A DNA stretch of 64,000 nt. It comes from an uncultured Hungatella sp. (lineage in GTDB: Bacteria; Bacillota; Clostridia; Lachnospirales; Lachnospiraceae). A model generated the notes under the pieces. That model searched no databases, was not told where the DNA came from, and worked only from the letters and a program-made list of their open reading frames with translations. A program made the position numbers and the translations under genes. This document shows, piece after piece, positions 9,519 to 20,088 of the stretch. Where the stretch lies: the NCBI GenBank assembly GCA_910577935.1, contig CAJTOT010000003.1, forward strand, positions 7,309 through 71,308, given 5' to 3'. Every line of letters begins with the position of its first letter. Positions within the stretch are counted from its first letter, which is position 1.

Positions 9519-10348
9519 TTGAATTAGGAAAGAGACAGCTTCTGGAGGTTGTCCGAAAGAAAGAATTCGGGGTCTATCTGGGAGAGGGGCCGGAGGACGC
9601 CGCCGGCGTGCTGCTTCCCAAGAAGCAGGTTCCCCAGGGGACAGAGATCGGGGACAAGCTGGAAGTTTATATTTACAAAGATTCGGAGGACCGGTTTATC
9701 GCCACCACAGGCGAAGCCAAGCTGCAGGCAGGCGAGGCCGCTGTTTTAAAGGTCAAGGAAGTGGGAAAGATAGGCGCGTTTCTGGATATGGGGCTGGAGA
9801 AGGATCTGCTGCTTCCTTTCAGGGAGCAGAACCGGAGGGTGAAGGCAGGCGAAGAGTGCCTGGTGGCCCTGTATGTGGACAAGAGCAACCGTCTGGCCGC
9901 CACCATGAATGTCTATCCGTATATGAGCAGCGAGTCGCCTTACAAGAAAGATGACAAGGTGACAGGGACTGTTTACGAGATAAAAGAGAATCTGGGCGCG
10001 TTTGTGGCGGTGGACAACAAGTACTATGGTCTGATTCCCGCCAGGGAGATTTTTGGGGGAATCACCGTGGGGGACGTGATAGAAGCCAGAGTGGTGAAGG
10101 TGCGGGAAGACGGGAAGCTGGATTTGAGTCCCAGGGAGAAGGCTTATGTCCAGATAGACATGGATGCCCGGCTGGTTCTGGAAGCCATGGAAGAGAAGGG
10201 CGGGGTCCTCCCGTTTAACGACAAGGCGGCGCCGGAGCTGATTAAGAGAGAGTTTGCCATGAGCAAAAACGCTTTTAAGAGAGCCGTGGGACATCTGTTA
10301 AAAGAAGGTAAGATCAAGATCACGGAAAAGACCATAGAGAGGATATAG
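9515..10348 (+). CDS. cvfB: CvfB/YitL-family S1 RNA-binding protein
   Basis: Repeated S1 modules (GAFLDMGLEKDLLLPF) and C-terminal wHTH (SKNAFKRAVGHLLKEG). Confidence 0.85.
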   Translation: MIELGKRQLLEVVRKKEFGVYLGEGPEDAAGVLLPKKQVPQGTEIGDKLEVYIYKDSEDRFIATTGEAKLQAGEAAVLKVKEVGKIGAFLDMGLEKDLLLPFREQNRRVKAGEECLVALYVDKSNRLAATMNVYPYMSSESPYKKDDKVTGTVYEIKENLGAFVAVDNKYYGLIPAREIFGGITVGDVIEARVVKVREDGKLDLSPREKAYVQIDMDARLVLEAMEEKGGVLPFNDKAAPELIKREFAMSKNAFKRAVGHLLKEGKIKITEKTIERI

Positions 10349-10358
10349 GAGGTTTGTC

Positions 10359-10943
10359 TTGGACTCGATAGAATATTATAATAAATACGCCGCCAAGGTG
10401 TATGAGGATACCGTGGACGTGGATATGAGCGAGATTATGGGAGAGTTTCTGAAACTTCTGGAGGAGGGAGATACCATTCTGGACCTGGCCTGCGGCTCGG
10501 GGAGGGACACTCTGGCCATGTACGAGATGGGGTACGACGTGACGCCTCTGGACGCGTCGGAGGAGATGTGCAAGCTGGCGGAGATACATACTGGTCTGGA
10601 CGTGCTTCAGATGACTTTTGACGAGATGGAGTTTGAAGACGTGTTTGACGGTATCTGGGCCTGCGGCGCCCTGGTTCATGTCCCCAGAAACGAGATGCCG
10701 GAGATTCTGGGACGGCTCCACGACGCCCTCTGCGACAAAGGAGTGCTGTACATGTCCGTTCGGAAAGGCGATTTCGAAGGGTTCAGGGGCGAGAGGTATT
10801 TCACCGATTACACCGCGGACAGCCTTATCTCTATGATATCCAGGACAGGCCTTTTTGAGATAATCAAGACATGGGAGACCGATGATGTGCGGTCCAGCCA
10901 TCCGGACACCGTGTGGGTTAATTTGCTGGCAAGAAAACGTTGA
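10359..10943 (+). CDS. Class I SAM-dependent methyltransferase
   Basis: ILDLACGSGRD, FDGIWACGALVH; TTG start behind AGGAGG. Confidence 0.85.
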   Translation: MDSIEYYNKYAAKVYEDTVDVDMSEIMGEFLKLLEEGDTILDLACGSGRDTLAMYEMGYDVTPLDASEEMCKLAEIHTGLDVLQMTFDEMEFEDVFDGIWACGALVHVPRNEMPEILGRLHDALCDKGVLYMSVRKGDFEGFRGERYFTDYTADSLISMISRTGLFEIIKTWETDDVRSSHPDTVWVNLLARKR

Positions 10944-11027
10944 TCTGACGGCGGCGCATGTTAAAGCGCCGCCGCTTTCTGTCTCGGAAAACGTTCTGGT
11001 CAGACCTGTGAGAAAGGAATCAGAAAG

Positions 11028-11867
11028 ATGAAAAAGTATTCGGCTTTTACCCAGTACATGTTGATAATCGCAGGCGCGTTTATTATGGGATTTGCCATCA
11101 AAAATATGTATGATCCCATCAGCCTTGTTACGGGGGGAGTGTCCGGCGTGGCGATTATTCTCAAAAGTATTGCCGGCATTCCGCTGTGGGTCACCAACAC
11201 GGCATGCAATATCCCTCTGTTTCTGGCGGCGTGGAAGATCAAGGGCTGGCGGTTTATCAAGAGAACCATGACGGCTACGGCGGCGCTTTCTTTTTCGCTC
11301 TATATAATTCCGGAGATGCCTTTTTTGATGGAGGATCTTCTGCTGACTTCTCTTTTTGGCGGAGTCATAAGCGGCCTGGGAACCGGGCTGGTGTTTCTCT
11401 TTCAGGCCACCACCGGCGGCACGGATATGCTGGCGGCCCTTCTTCAGAGAAAGCTCCGCCACTACTCCATAGCCCAGATTATGCAGGTCCTCGACGCCCT
11501 GGTGGTGGTTGCCGGAGCGGCGGTGTTCGGGATCAGATACGCTCTGTATGCCCTGATTGCCATCTATGCGGTGGCGAAAGTTTCCGACGGTTTTTTGGAA
11601 GGTTTAAAATTTTCAAAACAGGCGTATATTATCTCCGACCGCTATCAGGAGATCGCCGGGGCGGTTATGACCCGCATGGAGCGGGGGGTTACGGCTGTGG
11701 ACGCTACGGGAATGTATTCGGGACAGAATAAGAAGATGCTGTTCTGCGTGGTTTCTAAAAAGGAAATTGTAGTATTGAGGGAAATAGTGGAAGAATTTGA
11801 CAGAAAAGCCTTTCTTATTGTGACCGATGTGAGAGAAGTGTTCGGGGAAGGTTTTATCGAATATTAA
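11028..11867 (+). CDS. YitT family membrane protein
   Basis: LVTGGVSG, ATTGGTD, C-terminal GMYSG...REVFGEGF. Confidence 0.88.
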   Translation: MKKYSAFTQYMLIIAGAFIMGFAIKNMYDPISLVTGGVSGVAIILKSIAGIPLWVTNTACNIPLFLAAWKIKGWRFIKRTMTATAALSFSLYIIPEMPFLMEDLLLTSLFGGVISGLGTGLVFLFQATTGGTDMLAALLQRKLRHYSIAQIMQVLDALVVVAGAAVFGIRYALYALIAIYAVAKVSDGFLEGLKFSKQAYIISDRYQEIAGAVMTRMERGVTAVDATGMYSGQNKKMLFCVVSKKEIVVLREIVEEFDRKAFLIVTDVREVFGEGFIEY

Positions 11868-12078
11868 CATAAAAGGAATTAAAATCTGTGCATTCTTTTG
11901 TATTTTCAGGAAGGAAAAAAAATCAATATGCAGATTAGCCAAATAAAAAAAATCATTTTGGTAAATTACAATATGGTATAAAAAGCCGCTTTCGTGTATG
12001 ATACAGTTAATAACACAAGGAACTTCCATTATGAGAAGGATTCTGTAGACTCTATTTAAAAAACAGGAGGATTTAAGA

Positions 12079-13191
12079 ATGGCTAGTTTGTCATTAAAGA
12101 ACGTAACAAAGTCATATCCTAACGGATTTGTAGCAGTAAAAGATTTTAACCTGGAGATCGCTGATAAGGAGTTCGTCATCTTCGTAGGACCATCCGGCTG
12201 CGGTAAATCCACTACACTTCGTATGGTTGCAGGTCTGGAGGATATCTCCTCCGGTGAGCTGTATATTGACGGCAAGCTGGTTAACGATGTAGAGCCTAAA
12301 GACAGAGATATCGCCATGGTATTCCAGAACTACGCTCTGTATCCCCATATGTCTGTATATGATAACATGGCATTTGGTCTGAAGCTGAGAAAGACTCCCA
12401 AGGAGGAGATCGACAAGCTGGTTCACGAGGCTGCCAGAATCCTTGACCTGGAGCATCTGTTAGACCGCAAGCCCAAAGCTCTGTCCGGTGGTCAGAGACA
12501 GCGTGTTGCCATGGGACGTGCCATCGTGCGTAATCCTAAGGTGTTCCTCATGGATGAGCCTCTGTCCAACCTGGATGCCAAGCTGAGAGGACAGATGCGT
12601 ATCGAGATTTCCAAGCTGCATCAGAGACTGCAGGCAACCATCATCTACGTAACCCACGACCAGACCGAGGCTATGACTCTTGGTACGAGAATCGTAGTTA
12701 TGAAGGACGGTGTTGTTCAGCAGGTTGATTCTCCCCAGAATCTGTACGACAAGCCGTGCAACAAGTTCGTTGCCGGATTCATCGGAGCACCCCAGATGAA
12801 CATGGTAGATGCCAAGGTAGGCAAGGAAGGCTCTGATGTTACATTGACTTTCGGCAACCACACCATCTCCCTGCCGTCTGAGAAAGGCAAAGTTCTGGAG
12901 GCAAAGAACTACATCGGAAAGACCGTTACCCTTGGTATCCGTCCTGAAGATCTTCATGATGACAAGGCTTGGCTGGAGGCTTCTCCGAAGAGCATCATCG
13001 ATGCAGTCGTGCGTGTATATGAGCTGCTGGGCGCAGAAGTGTTCCTGTACTTCGATGTTGAGGATGCCAACTTTACCGCCAGAGTTAATCCCCGCACTTC
13101 CGCCAGGGTTGGCGACAGCGTAAGACTGGCTTTGGATCTCAGCAAGATTCATGTATTTGACAAAGACACAGAGCAGATTATCGTTAACTAA
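12079..13191 (+). CDS. msmX: Multiple-sugar ABC transporter ATP-binding protein (MsmX/UgpC)
   Basis: GPSGCGKST, LSGGQRQRVA, DEPLSNLDAKLR, TOBE tail; codon usage typical of highly expressed genes. Confidence 0.92.
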   Translation: MASLSLKNVTKSYPNGFVAVKDFNLEIADKEFVIFVGPSGCGKSTTLRMVAGLEDISSGELYIDGKLVNDVEPKDRDIAMVFQNYALYPHMSVYDNMAFGLKLRKTPKEEIDKLVHEAARILDLEHLLDRKPKALSGGQRQRVAMGRAIVRNPKVFLMDEPLSNLDAKLRGQMRIEISKLHQRLQATIIYVTHDQTEAMTLGTRIVVMKDGVVQQVDSPQNLYDKPCNKFVAGFIGAPQMNMVDAKVGKEGSDVTLTFGNHTISLPSEKGKVLEAKNYIGKTVTLGIRPEDLHDDKAWLEASPKSIIDAVVRVYELLGAEVFLYFDVEDANFTARVNPRTSARVGDSVRLALDLSKIHVFDKDTEQIIVN

Positions 13192-13205
13192 TATAAAGAG
13201 TTTTT

Positions 13206-13245
13206 AAGGCACCGCCCGGTATCGGGAGGTGCCTTTGTTTCTTTT
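13206..13245 (+). terminator. Intrinsic terminator after msmX
   Basis: AAGGCACC...GGTGCCTT followed by TGTTTCTTTT. Confidence 0.7.
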
Positions 13246-13330
13246 AGCAATTATTCATACTTGCTTGCTTTTTTCCGTTTTATGCTTTAATATAAGATAT
13301 GGGTAAATTTACAAAAAAGGAGAGTGCACT

Positions 13331-14419
13331 ATGATTTCAAATCAGATACTTCAGACGACCATCGACGGGCTGAAAGGCATTACAAGAATAGATCTCTGTG
13401 TCTGTGAGACAGAGGGCAAGGTTTTGGCCACCACGTTTCCCGACGCAGAAGAGTACGAAAGCTCTATCCTCGCTTTTGTAGATTCGCCGGCGGACAGCCA
13501 GGTTATTCAGGGTTATCAATTTTTTAAGGTTTTCGACGAACATCAGCTGGAATATATTCTGCTGGCCAAGGGCGGCAGTGACGACGCATATATGGTAGGA
13601 AAACTGGCGGCATTTCAGATTCAAAATCTTTTGGTGGCCTACAAGGAACGGTTTGACAAGGATAATTTCATTAAAAATCTGCTTCTCGACAATCTGCTGC
13701 TGGTGGACATCTACAACCGGGCGAAGAAACTTCACATTGAGACCAGCGTGAAGCGGGTGGTGTATATTATTGAGACAAAGCACGAGAAGGATGTCAATGC
13801 CCTGGAGACCGTGCGGAGCCTGTTCGCCAGCAAGACGAAGGACTTTATCACAGCCGTGGATGAGAAGAATATTATCCTTGTGAAGGAAGTGAAGCCCACA
13901 GAGACCTACGACGATCTGGAGAAGACGGCCAACATGGTTCTGGATATGCTGAACACGGAGGCGATGACGAAGGTGCATGTGGCTTTCGGAACCGTGGTGG
14001 GGGAGATCAAGGAGGTGTCCCGGTCCTACAAGGAGGCAAAGATGGCCCTGGATGTGGGCAAGATTTTCTACAGTGACAAGAATGTGATCGCCTACAACAA
14101 GCTGGGCATCGGCCGCCTGATCTACCAGCTGCCCATCCCTCTGTGCAAGATGTTTATCAGGGAGATCTTCGACGGCAAGTCCCCTGACGAGTTTGACGAC
14201 GAGACTCTGGCCACCATCAACAAGTTTTTTGAGAACAGCCTGAACGTGTCGGAGACTTCCAGACAGCTGTATATCCACAGAAATACCCTGGTGTACCGTC
14301 TGGACAAACTGCAGAAGAGCACCGGCCTGGATCTGAGGATCTTTGAGGACGCCATCACGTTCAAGATTGCCCTGATGGTAGTCAAGTATATGAAATACAT
14401 GGAAAATTCAGATTTTTAA
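13331..14419 (+). CDS. CdaR/PucR family transcriptional regulator
   Basis: C-terminal LNVSETSRQLYIHRNTLVYRLDK HTH. Confidence 0.9.
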   Translation: MISNQILQTTIDGLKGITRIDLCVCETEGKVLATTFPDAEEYESSILAFVDSPADSQVIQGYQFFKVFDEHQLEYILLAKGGSDDAYMVGKLAAFQIQNLLVAYKERFDKDNFIKNLLLDNLLLVDIYNRAKKLHIETSVKRVVYIIETKHEKDVNALETVRSLFASKTKDFITAVDEKNIILVKEVKPTETYDDLEKTANMVLDMLNTEAMTKVHVAFGTVVGEIKEVSRSYKEAKMALDVGKIFYSDKNVIAYNKLGIGRLIYQLPIPLCKMFIREIFDGKSPDEFDDETLATINKFFENSLNVSETSRQLYIHRNTLVYRLDKLQKSTGLDLRIFEDAITFKIALMVVKYMKYMENSDF

Positions 14420-14436
14420 AGGACCAGAGAGGGAAC

Positions 14437-15120
14437 ATGATTGAAATTACAAATATATATAAAACCTACGATACAGGGAACAAGGCGCTGAGAAACATCA
14501 ATATTACCATCGAGGACGGGGAATTCGTATTTATAATCGGGCGCAGCGGCTCCGGGAAGTCCACCCTGCTGAAGCTTCTGCTGAAGGAGGTAGAACCCAC
14601 TTCGGGGAAGATCGTGGTCAATGACATGAATCTGGGCAAGATGCCGAGAAGATATGTCCCTAAGTACCGCAGAAGACTGGGGGTAGTATTCCAGGATTTC
14701 CGGCTTCTGCGGGACCGGAATGTCTATGAGAATGTAGCATTTGCTCAGAGGGTTATCGGCGCCTCTCCCAGAAAAATCCGGGAGAGGGTGCCCTCCATGC
14801 TGCAGATGGTGGGCCTGTCCTCCAAATATAAGTCTTATCCCCAGCAGCTGTCCGGAGGCGAACAGCAGCGGGTGGCCATCGCCAGGGCGCTGATCAACCG
14901 CCCGGAGGTCCTGCTGGCCGACGAGCCTACGGGAAATCTGGATCACCACAACGCCATAGAGATCATGAAGCTGTTGGATAAGATCAACAAGATGGGCACA
15001 ACCGTGGTTGTTGTAACCCACAGCAATGAAATAGTCAATCTGATGCGGCGCCGGGTCATAACCATGGACCGGGGCTGTATCGTAAGCGATGAAGAAGGCG
15101 GAGTGGTTCATGAGAATTAG
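14437..15120 (+). CDS. ftsE: Cell division ATP-binding protein FtsE
   Basis: [34 protein letters not shown]; followed by ftsX. Confidence 0.92.
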   Translation: MIEITNIYKTYDTGNKALRNINITIEDGEFVFIIGRSGSGKSTLLKLLLKEVEPTSGKIVVNDMNLGKMPRRYVPKYRRRLGVVFQDFRLLRDRNVYENVAFAQRVIGASPRKIRERVPSMLQMVGLSSKYKSYPQQLSGGEQQRVAIARALINRPEVLLADEPTGNLDHHNAIEIMKLLDKINKMGTTVVVVTHSNEIVNLMRRRVITMDRGCIVSDEEGGVVHEN

Positions 15121-16018
15121 TACATTTTGGTATTGTCTGAAGGAGGGTGTCAAAAATATATGCAGAAATGTCTGGTTTTCCCTGGCATCGGTGGCGACGA
15201 TTTCTGCGTGTATTTTTTTGTTTTGCCTCTTCTTCAGCATCATTGTCAACATACAGCATGTGGTGAAGAATGTGGAGGGGACTATCGGCATCACCGTTTT
15301 CTTTGACGAGGAGCTGTCGGAGGAGGAGATTCACGCCATCGGGGCGGAGATCAGGAGCAGGCCGGAGGTCAGCAACATGGAGTTTACCTCTGCCCAGGAG
15401 GCATGGGAGTCCATGAAGAATGACTATTTTGCGGGGCACGAGGAGCTGGCGGAGGGGTTCGCCGACGACAACCCGCTGGCAGGCTCGGCGTCATACCAGA
15501 TTTTTCTCACGGATATTGTGTTCCAGGACCAGATGGTGGAGTATCTCTATCAGCTTTCGGGAGTGCGCCAGGTGAACTATTCCAACAGCGCGGCGGCAGG
15601 GTTGAGCAGCTTCAACGCCGTGATCGGGATATTGTCCCTGGTGATCATCGGTGTTCTTCTGGCGGTGTCCGTGTTCCTGATCAGCAACACCATCAACGTG
15701 GCGGCGTCTTTCCGCAAAAATGAAAATGAGATTATGCGCTACATCGGAGCCACCAACTACATGATCCGGGCGCCTTTTGTGGTGGAAGGAATTGTCATCG
15801 GCCTTATGGGCGCGTTTTTTCCGCTTGTGGGTATGTATTTTTTGTATCTGGAGTCTGTGGGATATCTGACAGCGAAGTTTCAGATTCTTTCCAGGATCTT
15901 CCAGTTCCTTCCGTTGAGCCGGATTTTTCCCTACATGACGGTTGTGGCCGTGCTGCTGGGACTGGGAATCGGATTTTTTGCCAGCTTCTTCACCATAAGA
16001 AAGCATCTGAAGGTGTAA
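15110..16018 (+). CDS. ftsX: Cell division permease FtsX
   Basis: Four TM segments, ISNTI, MRYIGAT..IRAPFVVEG. Confidence 0.9.
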   Translation: MRISTFWYCLKEGVKNICRNVWFSLASVATISACIFLFCLFFSIIVNIQHVVKNVEGTIGITVFFDEELSEEEIHAIGAEIRSRPEVSNMEFTSAQEAWESMKNDYFAGHEELAEGFADDNPLAGSASYQIFLTDIVFQDQMVEYLYQLSGVRQVNYSNSAAAGLSSFNAVIGILSLVIIGVLLAVSVFLISNTINVAASFRKNENEIMRYIGATNYMIRAPFVVEGIVIGLMGAFFPLVGMYFLYLESVGYLTAKFQILSRIFQFLPLSRIFPYMTVVAVLLGLGIGFFASFFTIRKHLKV

Positions 16019-16126
16019 GAGCATACTCCCTGTGAACTGGAGGGTATATTATGACATGAATTTGGGAATATTAACTTTATATGAGTAATCATGGCAGAGA
16101 AGGTGCCGCCGTGAGAGGAGTCAGAG

Positions 16127-17449
16127 ATGGAGACGAAAAATAAATTCTGGAAAGGTTTTTTGGCTGGAGCCCTGGTGATGGCGTTCGCCGGATTGTTGAT
16201 TGTGGGGGTGTCGGCGGGAATCTTTCTTATAGGAAAAGCAGTGATGGATAATCCGGTTCAGATTGTGGAGGAGAACAGCCCTGCGGAATTGCCGGATGGG
16301 AAACTGGAATTTGGCCGGATTCTGGAGAAGATGGGATATATCCAGGAGATCGTGGAGAATTACTATCTGTTCGAAGAAGACGAAAAACTGGTGGAAGACG
16401 GGATCTACACGGGTTTGATGTATGGACTTGACGATCCCTATTCTGTCTACTACAATGAAGAGGACTACTTATCTCTTATGGAGGATACCGCAGGAGAGTA
16501 CTGCGGCATCGGCGCTATGGTTTCCCAGAGCCTTGCCACGGGAATTTCCACGGTGATGAGGGTGTTTGAGAATTCCCCTTCCTTTGAGGCAGGGCTTCTG
16601 CCGGGAGATATCATCTACAAGGTGGAAGGAGAGGAAGTGGCAGGCATGGAGCTTGACCTGCTGGTCAGCAACTATATCAGAGGCGAGGAGGGCAGTAAGG
16701 TATCGATTGTGGTGCTCAGAGGAGATGCCAACGAGGAGGTGGAGCTTACTATAGAGCGGCGCAGGATAGAAGTTCCCACGGTAGAGCATGAGATGCTGGA
16801 GAATAATGTGGGATACATTGAAGTATTGCAGTTCGACACCGTCACCAGCCAGCAGTTTAAAAACGCCGTCGACGATCTGGAAGAACAGGGTATGGAAAAG
16901 CTGATCATCGATCTCAGGGACAATCCGGGAGGTGTCCTGGACGCGGTTGTGGAGATGATGGCCTATGTGCTTCCGGAAGATAAGCTGGACGGCATGCTTG
17001 TTTACACGGAAGATAAAGACGGAAAGGGAGAGCGCTTCTTCTGCCAGGACGGAAAGCTTAAGTATGAAAGCGATTATGGCCCCAGCGGCAGCGATTACCC
17101 GAAGGAGGACGGACATGAGGTGGAGGTGCCTCTGGCGGTGCTGGTCAACGGAAATTCGGCCAGCGCTTCCGAAGTGTTCACAGGGGCGATCCTGGATTAC
17201 GGCGCAGGCATTGTAGTGGGAACCCAGACATTCGGCAAGGGAATCGTCCAGAGCGTGCTTCCTCTGGGGGATGGGACAGCCATCAAGCTGACCACGGCCC
17301 ACTATTATACACCGGCGGGAGTGGACCTTCATGGGGAGGGGCTGGCTCCGGATATAGAAGTGGAACTGGATGAGGAATTGAGAACCAAAGCAGTAGTAGA
17401 GAAGAGTGAGGATAATCAGCTTCAGGCTGCCATTGCAGCTCTTGAGTAG
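16127..17449 (+). CDS. S41 family C-terminal processing peptidase
   Basis: LDDPYS, PDZ domain, IDLRDNPGG, SASASE, TFGKGIVQ. Confidence 0.92.
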   Translation: METKNKFWKGFLAGALVMAFAGLLIVGVSAGIFLIGKAVMDNPVQIVEENSPAELPDGKLEFGRILEKMGYIQEIVENYYLFEEDEKLVEDGIYTGLMYGLDDPYSVYYNEEDYLSLMEDTAGEYCGIGAMVSQSLATGISTVMRVFENSPSFEAGLLPGDIIYKVEGEEVAGMELDLLVSNYIRGEEGSKVSIVVLRGDANEEVELTIERRRIEVPTVEHEMLENNVGYIEVLQFDTVTSQQFKNAVDDLEEQGMEKLIIDLRDNPGGVLDAVVEMMAYVLPEDKLDGMLVYTEDKDGKGERFFCQDGKLKYESDYGPSGSDYPKEDGHEVEVPLAVLVNGNSASASEVFTGAILDYGAGIVVGTQTFGKGIVQSVLPLGDGTAIKLTTAHYYTPAGVDLHGEGLAPDIEVELDEELRTKAVVEKSEDNQLQAAIAALE

Positions 17450-17463
17450 AAAGGATACGGGAT

Positions 17464-17781
17464 ATGGGTATATATAGTGATGTCATGAGACGAGTGAACA
17501 GTGATAACCTGACGGCGCATCTGCTGTATGATGTAAGTCAGGCGGAAGACAAAAATGAGGAGCGTGTGGAGAAAAGAGTCAGCCAGGCATATGAGACGCT
17601 GTTTCAGCAGCTGAAGGCGGTTATCCCGTCTGCTGACCCGGACAACGACGAACTGATGGATGCCATAGTCAATTTTGCGAAAACCTTTGAGGAGGTCTAC
17701 TTTGAGGTGGGCCTGGCGGCAGGCTTTGAGATGTACAAAAATATGGAGAAAAAGATTCAGCGGCTGAAAGAGGAAGAATGA
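17464..17781 (+). CDS. Hypothetical helical protein
   Basis: 105-aa ORF with RBS AAGGA, coupled to the next gene by ATGA overlap. Confidence 0.6.
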   Translation: MGIYSDVMRRVNSDNLTAHLLYDVSQAEDKNEERVEKRVSQAYETLFQQLKAVIPSADPDNDELMDAIVNFAKTFEEVYFEVGLAAGFEMYKNMEKKIQRLKEEE

Positions 17782-18380
17782 AACTGAACAATACACCTAC
17801 ATTGGAGACAGAACGACTTATACTGAGAAAATTTACAGAAGATGACATACAGGCTATTTATGACATTTACAGTGACCAGGAGGTCAACAGATTCCTGCCC
17901 TGGTTCCCGGTAAAGACTATGGAGGAGGCCAGGGAAGTGTTTGAAGAGCACTATGCCCACATATACAATCAGCCCAGGGGATACCGCTACGCGGTGTGTC
18001 TGAAGGGCGAAAACGTGCCTGTGGGATATGTGCATGTGGGGACGGATGACAGCTTTGACCTGGGCTATGGGCTGAGAAAGGAATTCTGGCGCCGGGGTCT
18101 GATGACGGAGGCGGCGAAGGCGGTGATCGGGCAGGTGAAGAGAGACGGATTTCCCTACCTTACCGCCACCCATGATGTGGAGAACCCTCACAGCGGAGAC
18201 GTGATGAGGAAGCTGGGCATGCAGTATGAGTATACCTATGAAGAGCAGTGGCAGCCTAAGAATACCATGGTTACATTCAGGCTGTACCAGCTGAATTTTG
18301 ACAACAGCAATATCAGGAGATACGACAAATACTGGATTGTCTCGAAGGTACACTATATCGAAGAGGAGCTGCGGGAATGA
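17778..18380 (+). CDS. GNAT N-acetyltransferase (RimJ/RimL-like)
   Basis: LETERLILRKF, LGYGLRKEFWRRGLMTEA, N..S..VMRKLGM. Confidence 0.88.
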   Translation: MKLNNTPTLETERLILRKFTEDDIQAIYDIYSDQEVNRFLPWFPVKTMEEAREVFEEHYAHIYNQPRGYRYAVCLKGENVPVGYVHVGTDDSFDLGYGLRKEFWRRGLMTEAAKAVIGQVKRDGFPYLTATHDVENPHSGDVMRKLGMQYEYTYEEQWQPKNTMVTFRLYQLNFDNSNIRRYDKYWIVSKVHYIEEELRE

Positions 18381-18419
18381 GGGCAGTGACAGTGTAAATC
18401 CTGGAGAAAAGAGGTTAGA

Positions 18420-19628
18420 ATGCAGATGGGAACGGCTGTGGTGATATTGAAAAAAGGCCAGGGGCGCAGTCTGAAAGCAGGAGGCGCCTGGATCTATGAC
18501 AATGAGATTGACCGGATTCAGGGGGATTTTTCTGACGGGGACATGGTCCGGGTGGAAGACTTCGACGGGTATCCCATGGGACAGGGGTTTATCAACACTA
18601 AGTCCACTATCACAGTCCGCATGATGACCAGGAAAAAGGACGCGGTGGTGGACGGGGATTTCATTGAGATGAGAGTCCGCGACGCGTGGAACTACCGGAA
18701 GGACACGGTGGATACTTCCAGCTGCCGGATCATCTTCGGGGAAGCGGACTTTCTGCCTGGGATCGTCATCGACAAGTTCTCCGACGTTCTGGTGGTGGAA
18801 TCCCTGGCTCTTGGAATCGACCGGTGGAAACCTGTGATTGTGGAAAAACTGAAAAAGGTTCTTGAGGAAGACAAAATCTCTGTCCGCGGGGTCTACGAGA
18901 GGAGCGACGCCAAGGTGCGCCTCCAGGAGGGGATGGAGCGGTTTAAGGGATTTATAGGGGAGCCTTTTGACACCAGGGTCGAGATTTCCGAAAACGGAGT
19001 TAAGTATGTGGTGGACGTGGAGGACGGCCAGAAGACGGGATTTTTCCTGGATCAGAAATACAACCGCCAGGCCGTAGGACGGCTGTGCGCCGGAAAGAAG
19101 GTGCTGGACTGCTTTACCCACACAGGTTCTTTCGCTTTGAATGCCGGGAGGGCGGGGGCAGAGTCGGTGCTGGGGGTGGACGCGTCGGAGCTGGGGGTAG
19201 AGCAGGCACGGGAGAACGCCAGGCTCAACGGGCTGGAAGACAGGGTGAAGTTCGTGTGCGCCGACGTGTTTGAGCTGCTGCCCAGGCTGGAGAGAGAGGG
19301 AGAACGGTTTGACGTGGTGATTCTGGACCCTCCGGCCTTTACAAAGTCCCGGAATTCTGTGAAAAATGCTGTAAAAGGCTACCGGGAGATTAATGTGAGA
19401 GGGCTGAAGCTGGTGAAGGACGGCGGTTATCTGGCCACCTGTTCCTGTTCCCATTTCATGGACCCGGAACTGTTTGCCAAGACTGTCAGAGAGGCGGCTG
19501 CGGGAGTGCATAGGAGGCTGCGCCAGGTGGAATACAGGACTCAGGCGGCAGACCATCCCATCCTCTGGGCGGCGGACTCGTCTTACTATCTGAAATTTTA
19601 TATATTTCAGGTTTGTGAGGAGAGATAG
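18420..19628 (+). CDS. rlmI: RlmI/RlmK-family rRNA methyltransferase
   Basis: PUA-like N-terminus, GQKTGFFLDQ, VILDPPAF, TCSCS. Confidence 0.85.
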   Translation: MQMGTAVVILKKGQGRSLKAGGAWIYDNEIDRIQGDFSDGDMVRVEDFDGYPMGQGFINTKSTITVRMMTRKKDAVVDGDFIEMRVRDAWNYRKDTVDTSSCRIIFGEADFLPGIVIDKFSDVLVVESLALGIDRWKPVIVEKLKKVLEEDKISVRGVYERSDAKVRLQEGMERFKGFIGEPFDTRVEISENGVKYVVDVEDGQKTGFFLDQKYNRQAVGRLCAGKKVLDCFTHTGSFALNAGRAGAESVLGVDASELGVEQARENARLNGLEDRVKFVCADVFELLPRLEREGERFDVVILDPPAFTKSRNSVKNAVKGYREINVRGLKLVKDGGYLATCSCSHFMDPELFAKTVREAAAGVHRRLRQVEYRTQAADHPILWAADSSYYLKFYIFQVCEER

Positions 19629-19705
19629 AGGGGTGATATACATAAAACTTAAATCAAAGAGTTATCAAGTGGTTCCTGGGGTCCATGCTCCAGATAGACC
19701 GGAAT

Positions 19706-19746
19706 GCCGAAAATCAGAATCAGGGGATTTTCGGCTTTTTGTTTTT
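19706..19746 (+). terminator. Intrinsic terminator
   Basis: GCCGAAAATC...GATTTTCGGC followed by TTTTTGTTTTT. Confidence 0.7.
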
Positions 19747-19786
19747 CAACAAAATATTAAATCATAAGAAATATTCTCTGTGTCAT

Positions 19787-19888
19787 AAGTTGTTAGGACA
19801 TTCAGATATCAATATAACCTAAAAGAAGTATATCCATATACTCCACGGACAGTTGGAGGCATCTGTGATGAAGATGCAGAAGATTTAG
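19787..19888 (+). pseudogene. Tyrosine integrase C-terminal remnant
   Basis: Manual translation KLLGHSDINIT*KKYIHILHGQLEASVMKMQKI*: box II motif LLGH...T..Y with an in-frame stop, next to a tRNA 3' end. Confidence 0.75.
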
Positions 19889-20088
19889 AAATTCATACAA
19901 CCTACCAGACGGGATAATATTGATTATACATAAGGCGACATGAATATTAACAGGCACGCAGCAGGAGATATAAAGGTCTCTAGCTGTGGGCTGACATCAA
20001 CGATTCCTGAACATGGGAAAAATTGAAAAAACACTGTAAAATCAGGGATTTCAGCATTCTCAGCCCCGGGCTGAAGGCGCAAAAATAA

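Noticed and set aside
12079..13191. Atypical codon usage in msmX as a sign of horizontal transfer
   Set aside because: The bias fits high expression, and msmX-cdaR-ftsEX is a common clostridial arrangement.
17757..19643. Long antisense ORFs (628 aa here; also 25096-26538, 39390-40700, 5024-6127 and others)
   Set aside because: Shadow frames of GC-rich sense genes; no motifs or RBS.
19660..19702. Possible degenerate tRNA 3' half or att site (GGTTCCTGGGGTCCATGCTCCAG)
   Set aside because: T-loop consensus absent and no 5' half; too weak to call.
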